From contig NC_092671.1 in assembly GCF_964355755.1 (NCBI RefSeq), forward strand, positions 38,016,304-38,080,303: a DNA stretch of 64,000 nt, read 5' to 3'. The notes under the pieces are model-generated. The model did no database searches and had not been told where the DNA came from. It saw only the letters and a list, made by a program, of their open reading frames with translations. A program made the translations under genes and the position numbers. This DNA is from Antedon mediterranea (taxonomy: Eukaryota; Animalia; Echinodermata). Positions 24,421-37,595 of this stretch are shown one piece after another (within the stretch, counting starts at the first letter, position 1; each line of letters opens with the position of its first letter).

Positions 24421-25593
24421 ATGATGTCTGTAGCCACCGGTATTGTGTCAGTGTTTATTTTGATCTTCTTTGGTGAAAGTTCTCCGTCAACACAACAGCA
24501 CAATGTTGAGTGTGATTCACCTGATGATTACTATATTATTGGACAAAACATGACAACTAAATGCTATGTTGAAACGTGCTATTATTGTGTAAAATATTTT
24601 CAGTTGAAGAAGAACCATTTAGCGGTGGATGAAAAAGGTATCCATATTTCTAATAAAACAATACATCATAATTCTGAAATTGAGATAACAATATCCAATT
24701 TGATCATTTCTGACAGTGGTGAGTACAGCATTAACATCACTCATCATGATGATAGTTCACAGGAATTCAGCCTATTTAACGTGAGTGTATTTCCACAACC
24801 TGTGTACCCACAACCTGAACCACAGTGCTCATCTGACAAAGATTATTGTATAATTGGCGATTGTAGCATCACTTTACAATGTCAAATCTTTTCATATCCG
24901 GAGCTTAGGTTGATAAATGAGGCAGAGTACAATCAAACAATTTCAGGTAATAATACAATTTATGAAAGAGAATTTCGTATTACAGATCAGGACAAAGGTG
25001 TGGTTAAGGACACATGTGTTTTCAAAGTGAAATCTGAATGGGAAACTTGCACAGTCGAAGTATTAGTAAAAAGTCGATTGAATGTTTCTTTAACATCAGC
25101 GGGAAATGTGATTGAAGGAGACGACGCAGTTTTAAATTGTTCTCTTCCAAACAACAATGACGTCACTCAGGTAGAGTACATATGGGAATCATTCCCTGAA
25201 ATTGACATGATTAACAAAAGAAACACATTAACAATACTTAATGTATCCATTGGTTTAAATGGAACAGAAGTAAGATGCACCGTAAGACTAGGTAATTATT
25301 CAGAGGGTTCAGCAACAACGATACTGAATGTTGACGTCACAGATCAAGTTCATCCTGATGTCTCAACGATGCAAATACCCACATCCGACATAAGGAGGGA
25401 AGATAATACTATGCACTCAAAATCTATATTGCTAATTCGGTCCATTACATTTTGTGTGTTTATTATTATTGTGGCAATTTTGAGTACAAAATACCTTAAT
25501 TCAAGGAAAAAAAGAAATTCTAACAGACCTACAAGCAATGACACAACCTCTGCTATAGAACTGAATGTATCCGTTATAGAGGTCTTAAATTAA
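24421..25593 (+). CDS. Family A copy A4
   Basis: 390-aa intact ORF with the same architecture; second domain shared with A2. Confidence 0.9.
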   Translation: MMSVATGIVSVFILIFFGESSPSTQQHNVECDSPDDYYIIGQNMTTKCYVETCYYCVKYFQLKKNHLAVDEKGIHISNKTIHHNSEIEITISNLIISDSGEYSINITHHDDSSQEFSLFNVSVFPQPVYPQPEPQCSSDKDYCIIGDCSITLQCQIFSYPELRLINEAEYNQTISGNNTIYEREFRITDQDKGVVKDTCVFKVKSEWETCTVEVLVKSRLNVSLTSAGNVIEGDDAVLNCSLPNNNDVTQVEYIWESFPEIDMINKRNTLTILNVSIGLNGTEVRCTVRLGNYSEGSATTILNVDVTDQVHPDVSTMQIPTSDIRREDNTMHSKSILLIRSITFCVFIIIVAILSTKYLNSRKKRNSNRPTSNDTTSAIELNVSVIEVLN

Positions 25594-27392
25594 ATCAGTC
25601 ACATTGAATGAATTTTATTCAATTTTAAACTGAATGAAAAGTAAATTTTTTTACATTGTAGGATTATTATATTGACAAATCAATAAAAAGAAAGAGTGTA
25701 AGGCATAGTAGTATAGTGTTTTTTAAAATCCTGGCCGCATGACCAGTTTTAATATAATATTAAATGTAAGCTGCTAATTCTAACAAATCAATAAATTTTA
25801 CTTAAAAATTAGGTACATACTTTTACCACAATCCTGTAATGCTTTTCAGTTTCCTCTTGTTATATGCAGTGTTTTGTAAGCTACAAGATGAAATAATAAT
25901 TTAATTAGTATAGGCCTAATTTTAGCTGTAAAATTATTAAAATAAAATATTTCCGATAATTGAGACATTGCAGCCATTTTATTATTTCTCGTTGTTTAAT
26001 CCATCATTTTCTACAATTTATTAATCTGGACAAAACCTGACAATTAAGACTAGGGCATGATACCACTACGGATTATTGGGGCCTTTTGTGTCCCAATTTT
26101 TAGATACAGTTGTTGCAAATAGATAGGACATTTGGTATACTACTGGTCACTTTTAGTTAAATATAATTTTAAAGGATTTCATGAAATGTACTGACCCTGC
26201 TTCAAAGTGAGTCAACTCATCAAAATTTGATGAGCAGGGTCAGTGTTAATGTTTATGCTTTATTTTACGATCATAGAACAGACTAAAGTATAAGCACCAG
26301 TGGTCTAATTGTTAGATATATATGAAGATGAAGGTTCCAAGTTCGAATCTTGGTTGGGTGGCCTTTTTTTATTCTCAGATTTTCTTTACCATTTCTAAAT
26401 TGAATTAATTTCAGTACATCATCAGGCATTAATTTATTGAGTTCTGGTTAATTTATATATAAGACTAGTTACAAGTAATGATTAGTCTTCAATATGTTGA
26501 TTTAAATTTGATTGACTATTTTTCCCCTTTTAAATTACACTTTTTGCAGGAAAATTATTTTTCTTTTCGATCAAACTTTTGGTCAAAGTGATTATATAAT
26601 TTTATTAAATTAAAATTGCATGTTCATCAAACGAAAATCACTTTTTTTTTTTCAGGGTAGCAATATACCTTTAAATTTGAATTTAGGCCAATTCATTAAT
26701 TTAAATGTATACTGTAAATGTAAATCTTACAAGCATAGTCCATGTCAAAGGTGAACATTACACAGGGTCTTCAAATCTACATCACTGTGGCAACATCTTT
26801 CAAATCATTCATTGGAGATGCCTGCAACAAAACAAAAACACATGCTTAATATTGTGTATAAGGAAAAATCATCATATTCCAGTATGAATCATTAGGCTTA
26901 AAATGTAATCATTTTATCTTACATTTTCTAATTATTTACTTCCCCATATTCCTCTTCTAGACTATTATTAGTTTTTTGTTCAAATTTGCTTTTTAATAAT
27001 TGCATAAAATACTTTATAATTTGGTACTTAGTATACAAATATCGAAAATTAAAGGTCAGTAGTTAATCATATAGGTATACTCAGTTTAAAACAATTGGTT
27101 TTGTTATTTATCAAATATTAAGTAAATTATTTCTTTATATATACTTTGAAGTAACATAATAACAATAATCTAAAATAAATAAACAGCAAATAAATAATCT
27201 AGCAACATAGCATTGTTGTAAATCTGTACAGTATTGTACAATCAATAGTCATTACCAGTTTAACGCCACCAACATAGCATTGTAACTATGTATTGTGAAA
27301 TCAAGTCATAATTCACCGGTTTGTTTAACGCCACCAACATAGCATTGTAACCATGTATTGTGAAATCAAGTCATATACACCGGTTTGTTTAA

Positions 27393-27514
27393 CGCCACCA
27401 ATTTTATTTAGTGACGTCAACAATTTTAGTTACCCGGATGGATGAGCAACGTACGTCGTCTCGATCCTCATCAATCGTGTCAGCCATGATGATTGTATGA
27501 AAATAATGGTAAGT
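27393..27514 (+). promoter_or_regulatory. Family-B promoter/exon-1 module upstream of B3
   Basis: TGACGTCA 27412-27419, cccggatg, gccATG...ATG|gtaagt; a second, more decayed copy at about 30397-30510. Confidence 0.5.
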
Positions 27515-28749
27515 TAAATTCTATTGTTCAACTGCTCAATTGAACATGTTTATGTACATTGTTGTGTCAACATAAATATACAAAAATAGGACTTTTGAAG
27601 GCTGAATTATGAATTGATAATCAGTCACATCATTGGAATATGATCAGTGAACCTCGGAAGCATTATTTGGATAAAAGGGGTATTTGTATAGGCCTAGCCT
27701 AAATCCTAGCCTATTGATTGTCTACGCAATGACATCAAGTTGTTTACTCACAGGTTTCCTTTTATACTAGGCCTAGTAGGTACCTGAATTATGACAGAAA
27801 AACAAATCAATGGTTGCTAGGTAGGAATCATCAATGCCTATCAATCATATCTACCAATTGCCATAATGAACAAATGAAAGAAGTTGGACTATTCCATTTT
27901 TTCTGAATACAAATTGAGTTTTGTAATTTGTTCTAGGCTACGTCCTAGGCCTCTATATCAATCAAAACATACTGCAATACTATCATATAGTAGTTGGTTA
28001 ATTTAGACTAATGCAAACATATTGGACAAATATTGAAAAAATACTGCACCCTGTAATAAATTAACAGTTCTCATTTTGATTACACCCTATTTGACAATTT
28101 AGTAACCAGACACTCCTTATTCATAAATAACTGAAATATTGGCCTAACTGTACTATTAAAAATTGGTTAGAAATTCTTCTAAATAGAAACGATTGGAGTA
28201 CAAACTGCCAGATATATTTGTTAATTTTCTATGAATCTTTAGGTTGATCATTCAGTGGCATTGTGTTGTTTTTTTTTTTCTTAATTTCTAGGGAGTATTT
28301 ATTTTTTTTTTATATATGATACCACCTCAGCCCAAACTCTCAGCCCCTTTCCAGGGATAACCACAATTCTGATCAATTTGATAGCCTACTATCTACTATC
28401 CCCTAGCCTCTCCCACCAAATCCCCAGACTTTTTTTAATGTAGTTTAAAACCTTCTCGATACAATTGCGATCATTTTGATACCCCATATGTATGGTTAAC
28501 ATGCAGGAACAAAATACTGTATAACGAACAAACATCAAAAGTGGGCCATTCTGACTACATTTTGGCCCCTAACTTGGATCCTAGATGGCGGATGATGTTC
28601 AAATGTAGTTTAGAACCTTTCCGGTACAATTCCGGTCATTTTGATGCCCAATATGTAAGGTTATGTGCAGTAATAGAGATTTGTATAACGAACGTACAAA
28701 CTCTCTCACTTATAATAAATATATATATATAATTCCAAAATTGTTTATA

Positions 28750-29062
28750 TCTCTACCAAGCTACCTTCTTTGTTTTCCACTCTTATTCAGACTCCACCCT
28801 GGCTCCCTTTGTTATATTTCTTTTATTCCTGTCCACCCAGGCAGCACTTGCCAGCTTTATACTCTGACGTTATCCAAATTCCTTCACTTGCACTGATGAA
28901 GGGCTAGTGTTGCCCGAAAGCTCTGCTAACTTTTCTGGCTGTTTACTTTATCGTTTTGATTTAGCTTTTCGCTTTTTATTTTTGTATCTCCATTGAGATC
29001 CAGCCACTGATACCCACAGCATTGTCATTTTTTTTCAGTAATTTACCTTTGGATTTATATAT
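28750..29062 (+). mobile_element. Penelope-like element terminal repeat fragment
   Basis: Pyrimidine-rich segment, minimal hammerhead, T-rich end flanked by (AT)n; second partial copy at 20393. Confidence 0.6.
28888..28928 (+). ncRNA. Minimal type I hammerhead ribozyme
   Basis: ugca-CUGAUGA-a-GGGC uaguguu GCCC-GAAA-gc-UC-ugc: conserved core, stem II, palindromic AGCU stem III, short stem I. Confidence 0.7.
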
Positions 29063-30935
29063 ATATATATGGTACATTACCACAATCCTGTAAGCTTTCT
29101 GTTTCCTCTTGTAAGTTTACAGTGTTTTTTAAGCTATAAGATGAAACAATAAATGAATTAATTTAATTTTAGCTGTAAAATTATCAAAATCAAATATTTC
29201 TGATGCCTGAAACATTGTGGTTTTATTATTTCTGGTTGTCTACAATATATTAGCCTGGATGAAAGCTGATGTAAGAATGTGGACTTCAATAAAAAGAGAG
29301 TGACACGCCTTCTCATGTTCCGGTGGTGGTTTTGGTTTTATTTGGTATTAGCATCTAGTACAAAAGGGATCAGTATCAATCTGGCAACTGCGGATCTCAA
29401 AGGAACAATACCTGTTGCTTCTTAACCAAATGATGCACAACACAGAAAACAGTTAATTATGCTACATTTTACACGGAACATAGATAACAATTATAGGGGG
29501 CAGTATATAATTATTACAGAATTAAATTAATCCCCACACTGATAATCAAGAATTGTGCATGACCAGTGCTCTAATGGTTAGGACATTTGCAAATCAAGCA
29601 GAAGCTTAGTTTCCAGTTAGGCAAATTGATTCAATATTTAAATGTATGTTGTAAATGTAAATCTTACCAGTATAGTTTCTGTCAAATGTGAACATAAAAA
29701 ATAGTCTTCAAATCTACCGCCCAATGGTAACATCTTTTAAATCATTCACCAAAGATACCTGCAAAAACAAACAACCATTAAAAAGCTCAAACAATACCAT
29801 CATAATCATCTTACAATACATTCTCTATTACTGTGTCTCTCACGCATGAAGCATTTAAAGTCCCTTGTCCCCCATCCTCGCCTTCTAGACTAAAAATAGT
29901 CTTTACTTTTAAATAATTTGCCTATATTACTACAATACTTATAATTTGGTCAGTTCAACATGTAGTAATTTGTAAAGTACAGTTTAAAACAATTGGGTTT
30001 GTTATTATGTATATATCTGTAGAGTTCATTCATTCATTTTATTTGGTCAAAATCATTTTCAACATATGTATACAACAATATATGTAGACAACAAGAAAAA
30101 TACATATAAAAAAATGGAGTTAAAATGGTATAAAACTGCAATAAAACAATAAAAAAGAAAACATGAGTTAAAATATTGAAAAAATACCGTCATAAAAGTT
30201 TATAGTAAAAAATGAGTGACATCTAATGACAATAAAGTAGATAAGAAAAACAGCAAAAACTTGATTCATAGAATGATAAGTAAAGTAAATAAAACATGCA
30301 ATTTATAACAATTTAGGTACTTGCCATAAAAACAATCTTGGCAAGCAGTGTTGTACTCTGTTTTATTGTGAAATCAAGTCTTACGGGTTTGTTTGACGCC
30401 ACCAATTTTATTTAATGACGTCAACAATTTCAGTTACCCGGATTAATAATCTGCTATATAAGTAATGACGATCGTATGAAAATTTATGACAATGACTGTA
30501 ATAAGTCAAATTTCTATTAATCTACGCTCAATTGAACATTGTATGTACAATTATTGTTGTGTAAACAGGAGTATACAATAGTATTTTTGAAAACTGAATT
30601 ACTTATTGAAAATCAGTCAATCATGACGTTATTGGTATGCAGATCGATATGACGAACATTTTTGGTTAGGCCTAGCTAGGTAGGTTAACTAGGGCCTAGC
30701 CCTCCTAGCTAGAGCCTACCTAGGCCCTAGGCCTAGATAGAAAACTTGTTCTAGAAAAGAACCTGTGAGTAACTTTGTCATTTGGCTTGTCCCACTAGGC
30801 TACTGTGTTATTTAAAAAAAGGTTTTGAATCATGAACCCCTGTTCATTTTGGTTTTGTGTTTTTTAGTTACAGATTAAAAATGGTTTACTGAATTTTAAT
30901 GTCGGCTGTTTGGTGAAAGTCCTTCTTCCAGTAGA

Positions 30936-32072
30936 ATGTATTGGTGTAAACCATCTTGGCTTTGGTTCTGTCTTGTAATTCTTAAAATAATTACATCAGT
31001 TTCTCAAGACATTACATTTGATAATGAATATCCTGAGGATGCTACCATTGCTGAAACAAAAAAAGCAATATTTAAATGTTTCCTGATCAAAGAGCATGAA
31101 CCAACAGATCAAGTATCTTGGATAAAACATAACATAAAATTGAACCAAAGCTCACAAAGTTCAAAATACTATTTTGGAGAAAAAAGAATAACGGATAGAA
31201 TATATGAGTATAGCTTAACAATTGATCCAGTTGAAAGATCAGATGCTACAGACTATAGGTGTGTGTTTGAAACTTCAATTCACACAATATCTTCAAAGAA
31301 AGCTTACCTGAATGTCCTCAAAATCCCTTCAGAAGAGTATCCAATGTGTTACTTTAGTGAACAATCATATGAAATCAGTGATGATGTACAAATCATTTGC
31401 ATTTCTGAAAACACATCTACTAAAATTTCTCTGGAATTTACCCGAATGATTGAGCTAGCCTTATCATATGAAAATGCTACTGACATGTGGACACTCTTAA
31501 AATTTCCTGCATCTCCAAGTATGAACAATACAGAGTTTGCTTGCAAGTTGTACATTGACATTATAGGTGCCAGGCGATATTGTTATACAGATCCACTACT
31601 AATTTTGAACAAACTAAATATTGTCATCCATGGTGACATTCAATATTTCTCAAATCAAATGGCATGTTTCATCTGCAAAGGTAACTACACTGACACTGCT
31701 AAGTTTACATGGACTTCTGATAATGACTATGTCAACACTAACCAAGTCAACAGTAACAATGCTAACAAGTTAACCATCCCATCTATGCAGCCAGAGATGA
31801 ATGGAGCCTCACTCACATGCACTGTGGAGGATGAAGGCTTCACTGGCTTAAATACTGTCAATGTTACAGTGGAAGAGAAACATATAACAACAAATGAAAC
31901 AACAAGAAAGCCACTAACAATCCCACCAATTTACACAGTACCACCAGAAGTAGACACTGTGATACAGGAGTATTTTGAAATCATTTTACACTTAGTTATA
32001 ATAATTTTGATTTTAATAATTTCAATTGTGTCTTTGGGTTTGGTTGGTTTTATTATTGAAAAATATGTCTGA
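30936..32072 (+). CDS. Family B copy B3: signal peptide, 3 Ig-like domains, T/P-rich stalk, TM, 4-aa tail
   Basis: 378-aa intact ORF; FKC..VSW..DATDYRC; C-terminal hydrophobic segment then EKYV. Confidence 0.9.
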   Translation: MYWCKPSWLWFCLVILKIITSVSQDITFDNEYPEDATIAETKKAIFKCFLIKEHEPTDQVSWIKHNIKLNQSSQSSKYYFGEKRITDRIYEYSLTIDPVERSDATDYRCVFETSIHTISSKKAYLNVLKIPSEEYPMCYFSEQSYEISDDVQIICISENTSTKISLEFTRMIELALSYENATDMWTLLKFPASPSMNNTEFACKLYIDIIGARRYCYTDPLLILNKLNIVIHGDIQYFSNQMACFICKGNYTDTAKFTWTSDNDYVNTNQVNSNNANKLTIPSMQPEMNGASLTCTVEDEGFTGLNTVNVTVEEKHITTNETTRKPLTIPPIYTVPPEVDTVIQEYFEIILHLVIIILILIISIVSLGLVGFIIEKYV

Positions 32073-32889
32073 ATTAGTTGGCATAAGATATGAAGAATTA
32101 ACTTTTAAATGAAGTAATTTTTTAACTAGATTTAATTCGTCACTATTACGAATTATAGGTTATATGCATTGATTTAAATAAAGATAATTGATTTTTAAAA
32201 GATTTTCTCAGAATCTTTAATTATTTATAATATATGATAGGATCTTGCTAACGCGAACACCATAGCCGGTATCACAATCCGATCAAAGATCCATATGCGT
32301 ATAATGTCATAAACCACATTTGTTGTTACATAATAATAAAGACATAGACAAAGTTAATTTTTATCTAGATTTCATTATAAATCATGTGTATAATCTATAC
32401 ACTAAGAAATAAATTTGAACAAACAATACGGATAATAAATAAAAAAATCTTATTTCGTTTCCCAAGGTGAGACTCGATCTCGGTACCTTGAATGCCATAG
32501 ACACGAGCACAGACCACCGAGCCGTACACAACTGACTAAAAGTTGTAGAAAAATTCCTCCGTGTATTTACTATGCAGTAACCACTTTGATGCAAATAGAT
32601 TATTACATACCGAAATGAATTATAATTTTTTACTATGATGACATCTTTAAAATGTATACAAATGATGCACTGTCAAACTACATACTTTTAACTTTAATAT
32701 ATGAATTTTTGAAGGAAGAAAGTTAATGTTAAGTTTGTTATTTTGGCCTAAGAAAATGTCATAATTGGTTTGATTGTCGAAATTATTTTTTTTTTAAATT
32801 TAATATGCAATTAATGATGACTTAATCAACTTTTGTTCTCTTTATTTGATAATAAATCATACATATGATACATACACTTCAAGAAAATG

Positions 32890-33521
32890 AAATAAAAAAT
32901 AGGTGTTCCCCTGCATTCTGACGATATATATTAATTTTAAAATTTAGCATATTTTCACCATTTTGTTAACTTATACGTGCGTAGCCAGTCACTTTTGACG
33001 TGCTCGTATAACGCAATTTCGAGTTGAAACCTGAATCAAATATGATGATATTATTAAAGAAAGATTGTAAAACAGAAATCGGGCAAAAAGAGTGCGCATT
33101 AACGTTTAACGCGCAGTGCGCGTGCAAAAATCTGCGCACTCATGGTAATTTTTTAAACGCTTAAAATTGCCTGAAACGTACTCTAATTTCATCGAAAATA
33201 AATTTTGACAATTTTGAACATTTTAAGCGCGCGTACGCAAGCGTTATATGCGCTACGCACGTAATTTTATTGCCATATGATGAAATATGACCTGAAATTT
33301 ATGAGTACCAAATGTTGTTTAATTGTGATTCATGCTTGTGAAGATATGATTACAAACGTGATTTCGTAAAATCGTGCGTAGACCGTGTAATTTTTTATTA
33401 CGCATCGTGAAAATATAACCACATCGATTCCTGGCCATAAGGAATATACTCTGAAAAATTGACTTAGATAGATGAAACTGATGCCAAGATAATTCACGGA
33501 CAAATAGTGCTAAGGAAAGAA

Positions 33522-33552
<31 letters not shown>

Positions 33553-33615
33553 AGAAATAAATAAAGATTGCGACAGAATCAAGAGGTTATATGCATGATA
33601 ATGCATATAACCTAA
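32890..33615 (+). mobile_element. Helentron-associated (DINE/HINE-like) non-autonomous element; 5' boundary uncertain
   Basis: CpG-rich body, (TAAA)n microsatellite, then perfect 13-bp hairpin aggttatatgcat-gata-atgcatataacct at 33584-33613. Confidence 0.5.
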
Positions 33616-35752
33616 TTAGCAAGTTACGAGCAGATTTAATATTATGAAAAGTTATGTCTATACCTAAATAAGTTTATGATCACCAGTTGGAGAATAGGCC
33701 TATATTGTACACACATAAGAAAGGATAATAATAGTCTGGTTCCTAAGGGGAAATGATGTTACCATAGTGGATACAAGTGTGCCCTTTGGCATGTTGATAG
33801 AACATGATATGGAGATACCAAAACAAAGTTACTGGAAATCTGATTTGACCTCTGTGACCTCTGACCTCAATTTTTATATTTCTATCTTAAACAGCCATAT
33901 CTCGGCAACGGGGTGGACAATTGAAATGATATTGGTGTCAAATAGATCAGAGGGTACATATTTATATTCGCTCTAATAGAACTTTTTTCAAAAAAACGAC
34001 CGGAAATATAGATTCTCAATGTTTTGACCTTTGACCTTGGCTTACTATATTATATCAATAACTACTGGTCAAAATTTCTTGAAATTTGTTTCAAATTGTT
34101 AGAGCATACATATTTATATATACTCTAATTAAACATGTTCTTCCAAATTCACAGGAAATGTCATTTACTGACCTTTGACCTTTAATGTTTAAATATGTCT
34201 GTATCTCTGTAACCAAATGTCATAAAAAGTTCAACTTGGTGTCAAACATTTATATTAGCTCTAATAGAAGATGTTATCATATTTTTTCTGGAAATGCCAG
34301 TTTGAGGTATGACCAGGCGTGCGTGTGTGTCATTATAATAATATACCTAAAATATAGATTTAGTGGACCAGAATTACATTGAATATCCTATTTAGTTTAC
34401 CTTTTACAATTTTCTTAAAACTTAATGTTTAATTTAATTTCAATATATAATTCCATCACATCGCACAAGAGCAACACTTAATATCAACATAAAATTAGAT
34501 AAACTTAAAGTTGAATAACATTTAAAAAAAGAAAGAAAGAAAATCAAGATCTTAAAGAAAGAAAAGAAGAATTAACCAATGCAATTTGATACTCATAAAA
34601 CATATGACCTAATTATCAATTCATTGCTTGAAATATGCTGAAAAAATTAAATGTTGAAAACAGTGAGGAAAAAGCGAAGAAAAGAGTGAAAAAAAACAAT
34701 ATATTTAAAATATTAGAAATCTGAAAAGGATCAAAGACAAATTAATCACAAAGCTGATTTCTTTTTAAGAACATACTGTAGTGGAATATAAAAGGAAAAC
34801 GAACCAGTGAGCAGTCAAACAAATTACCATCTTGGCTTGATGAGGCAATAACACATCCAGCTCATAACACTATACAACAAAATCTTGAAACCAGAGGAAA
34901 TGAAGAGAAGCAATGATATACTTTCATCCACAAAAACATGACAAAACTGACATCAACCATTACCGACCAAACGAACATTATCACATGTACACAAATAATT
35001 TACAAAATTAATCAAAAAATAAAATCAGAGACCGACTAGAAGTAAATAAATCAAGATATAAGGCTTCATACAGTAGGACAATCGTATACAGTTTGTCAAT
35101 CAACTTTGTCAAAATAACATGAAATGAATATCACAAAATCTTTGATTTAGAGATTATCAGAAATCATTTGACTCAATAAAACAGGCATTACCATTTTAGA
35201 GGGAATTTTCATACCTCAACAAATAGTGATTACGATCGCCCAAAGAGAAGTTAAGGAAGATTAGTAAAGAAAGGAGACACTTAAGATCTTCACTGAATTG
35301 GAAGAGTGTTCAATCAAAGAGCTAATCTAAAAAATAGAGTAAATATCAATTATAAAAAGACAAAATAAACAGTTAATTTAACCAAAACCACATTTAATTT
35401 TTAGTTTTTGCTTTGAATTACAGTTTTTTGGGTATGCACTATATCATTTTTTTTAAATCCAATTTTTGGTGAAATATTAAATAACTATAAAATTGCATAT
35501 TCAACAAAAATATTTGCAAAAATTACTTTGTCAGGGAGACAATAATTTTAATCTTTAATAGCATGTGATATTATTAGCAAATATTTCAAATGTAGTTTTA
35601 CAACTTTCCCATTACAAACAATTGCCATAATTCTGATAACATTACAATACACCCATCCTCTGGGACTTATTTTCAAATGTAGCTAAAAACTTTCCAGTAC
35701 AATTCCGGCCATTTTGATTTGTATAGATGCATGCAGTAGTAGAATTGGAAAA

Positions 35753-36012
35753 GCGAGAGAAGGGGAAGTGGTTGGGGTGATGGAGAGACACATATTTTTT
35801 ACATGTTTGTCTACACTATCAAACTAGTTTAACAAAAAAGGTGTGATGTGCCCAAATATGGTAGTGATATGATGTCATCGTGTCTATATATGGGCACATC
35901 ACATTTTTTTGTCACATAAAGTTTGATAGTGTAGACAGAGTTTAACATTTGTGTAACATGTAAAAAAATGTGTCTCTCCATCCACCCCAACCCCCTCCCC
36001 TGCCTCTCTCGC
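35753..36012. repeat. Nested palindromic MITE (~260-bp foldback)
   Basis: gatggagagacaca...tgtgtctctccatc; gtctacactatcaaact...agtttgatagtgtagac; gtgatgtgccc...gggcacatcac. Confidence 0.7.
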
Positions 36013-36249
36013 TCTCTTTTTTATAGATTATTAGTTGCTAAATATATGCAAAACGATGGGTCATAGCTCAAATTGACATTTCCAATTGAATTCTGACAAA
36101 ATATTATGTTAGAGCAAATATAAATGTGTATATTCTGAACAATTTGACACCAAACTGAACTTTTTAGGACAAATAGTTACCGAGATATCGACGACATACT
36201 CAAACATTAGAGGTCAAGGGTAAAAAAAGCTTAATTTATGGTATATATA

Positions 36250-36705
36250 TATTATTATTACTGCCTTTCCGCTGAAAAGTCTGCCGACATTTCCGCTTGG
36301 GCTGCTCCGTAAATCTCTTTTACTAGTTTCTTCCAGTCTGATCTTTCATTGGCTAGTTCTTTAAGTTGTTTCATGTCTTTCTTGGTTTTCAATTGTCCGG
36401 GATACTTAATGTCTGTATTATGCTTATAAAGGGTGAGTAGGTCGTTGCTGAGAGTTATTGGTAGGGTGGTTCTCGGTCTTCCTCGAAATTTTATATTGGT
36501 AGTGTTGCTGAAATAATAGCTTATTGCTGTGTTGGCTGGTGTACATGGGTCTTGTCTAAGTATGTGACCCAATAGTCTCCATCTTGCGTCGACTATTTCT
36601 AATGAAATCGGTTTTGTTCCTGTCCTTCTGTATAAATTTATGTTCGATATCCTGTCTGGGAACCTGATACCTATGATTTTGCGAAGTTGCTGTCTGTGAA
36701 ATGTG
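36250..36705 (-). mobile_element. 5'-truncated LINE (RTE-like) 3' end inserted into the right TIR
   Basis: HRQQLRKIIGI...RWRLLGHILR...GRPRTT...ANERSDW ORF2 C-terminal motifs; (TAA)n tail. Confidence 0.8.
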
Positions 36706-37410
36706 TAATTTATGGTAATTTTTGGAAAAAGTTTCTATTAGACTAAATATTAGATTTATTTTCTTAACATTTTGAGCCTATTCTCAAATCTCTGGGATTG
36801 CGCGTTGAGATATTAGGCAATTAAGGTCAAAGGTCAAACTAAAAAATAAAGCCTTTGCGGCCATTTTTGTACAATTTTTTTCATTGTAGCGAATATGAAT
36901 ATATACCTTCCAAACATTTTGACAAAAAAATGTATGTAAAATGTCCATGCGTTGTCAAGATATGGCAATTTTTTGTTATATAATAGAAAAATAAAATAAT
37001 TGAGGTCAGAGGTCACAGAGGTCAAATAAGATTTACAGTAACTTTGTTTTGGCATCGTCACACTATTCTCTACCAAACTGCTATATTGAAAAATTTGTAT
37101 CCAGTCTGGTAACGTCCCACCCCTTTTTCTCCTCTTAGGGACTGGACTATAAACACCATTATGAAGGATTATACAACTCCCTGATGGTACATAAATCATA
37201 AAAGTAAATTTATAAGATTGACAGCATGATTGATGACTACATCTTTAATTTAAAGACATTTTTTACAATACACAATTTTTTCTGAACAATGTTCATAGGA
37301 AGTTTATTTCTAAAACAATTTTATTGATTTATGAATACATAATGAGGATATCATGAAAAAGATTTAATACTGTACTTCCCTTTTTTTGCTGGCCTTTCAT
37401 ATTCAAACAC

Positions 37411-37421
37411 GGATGTGAAAC
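37411..37421 (+). promoter_or_regulatory. Conserved ETS-IRF-like motif upstream of A5
   Basis: tttcatattcaaacac-ggatgtgaaac-ta aligns with the A4 and A2 upstream motifs. Confidence 0.4.
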
Positions 37422-37595
37422 TATTTTGGTCTAATGATCAAGTTGCATAGTTGCTATTGCTTGGTATAATACACGCATAATACATTACTGGACAAATGAT
37501 GGGATTTTTCATTCAGTTTGTTTATGACACACGAAATTCACAGGCATTACAACACGAATACAAATGTTTTAATGATACAAATGTTTTAAAGCACT

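Larger units (their letters stand above)
33732..37149. mobile_element. Non-autonomous DNA transposon with long imperfect TIRs, TAG...CTA ends and TAA duplication (Academ-like)
   Basis: tagtctggttcctaagggg... versus ...cctcttagggactggacta; internal inverted blocks (gacctctgtgacctctgacctcaatt / aattgaggtcagaggtcacagaggtc); taa on both flanks. Confidence 0.65.

Noticed and set aside
34700-35330. Traces of reverse-transcriptase motifs (KTDINHYRP)
   Set aside because: Too degraded to delimit or classify
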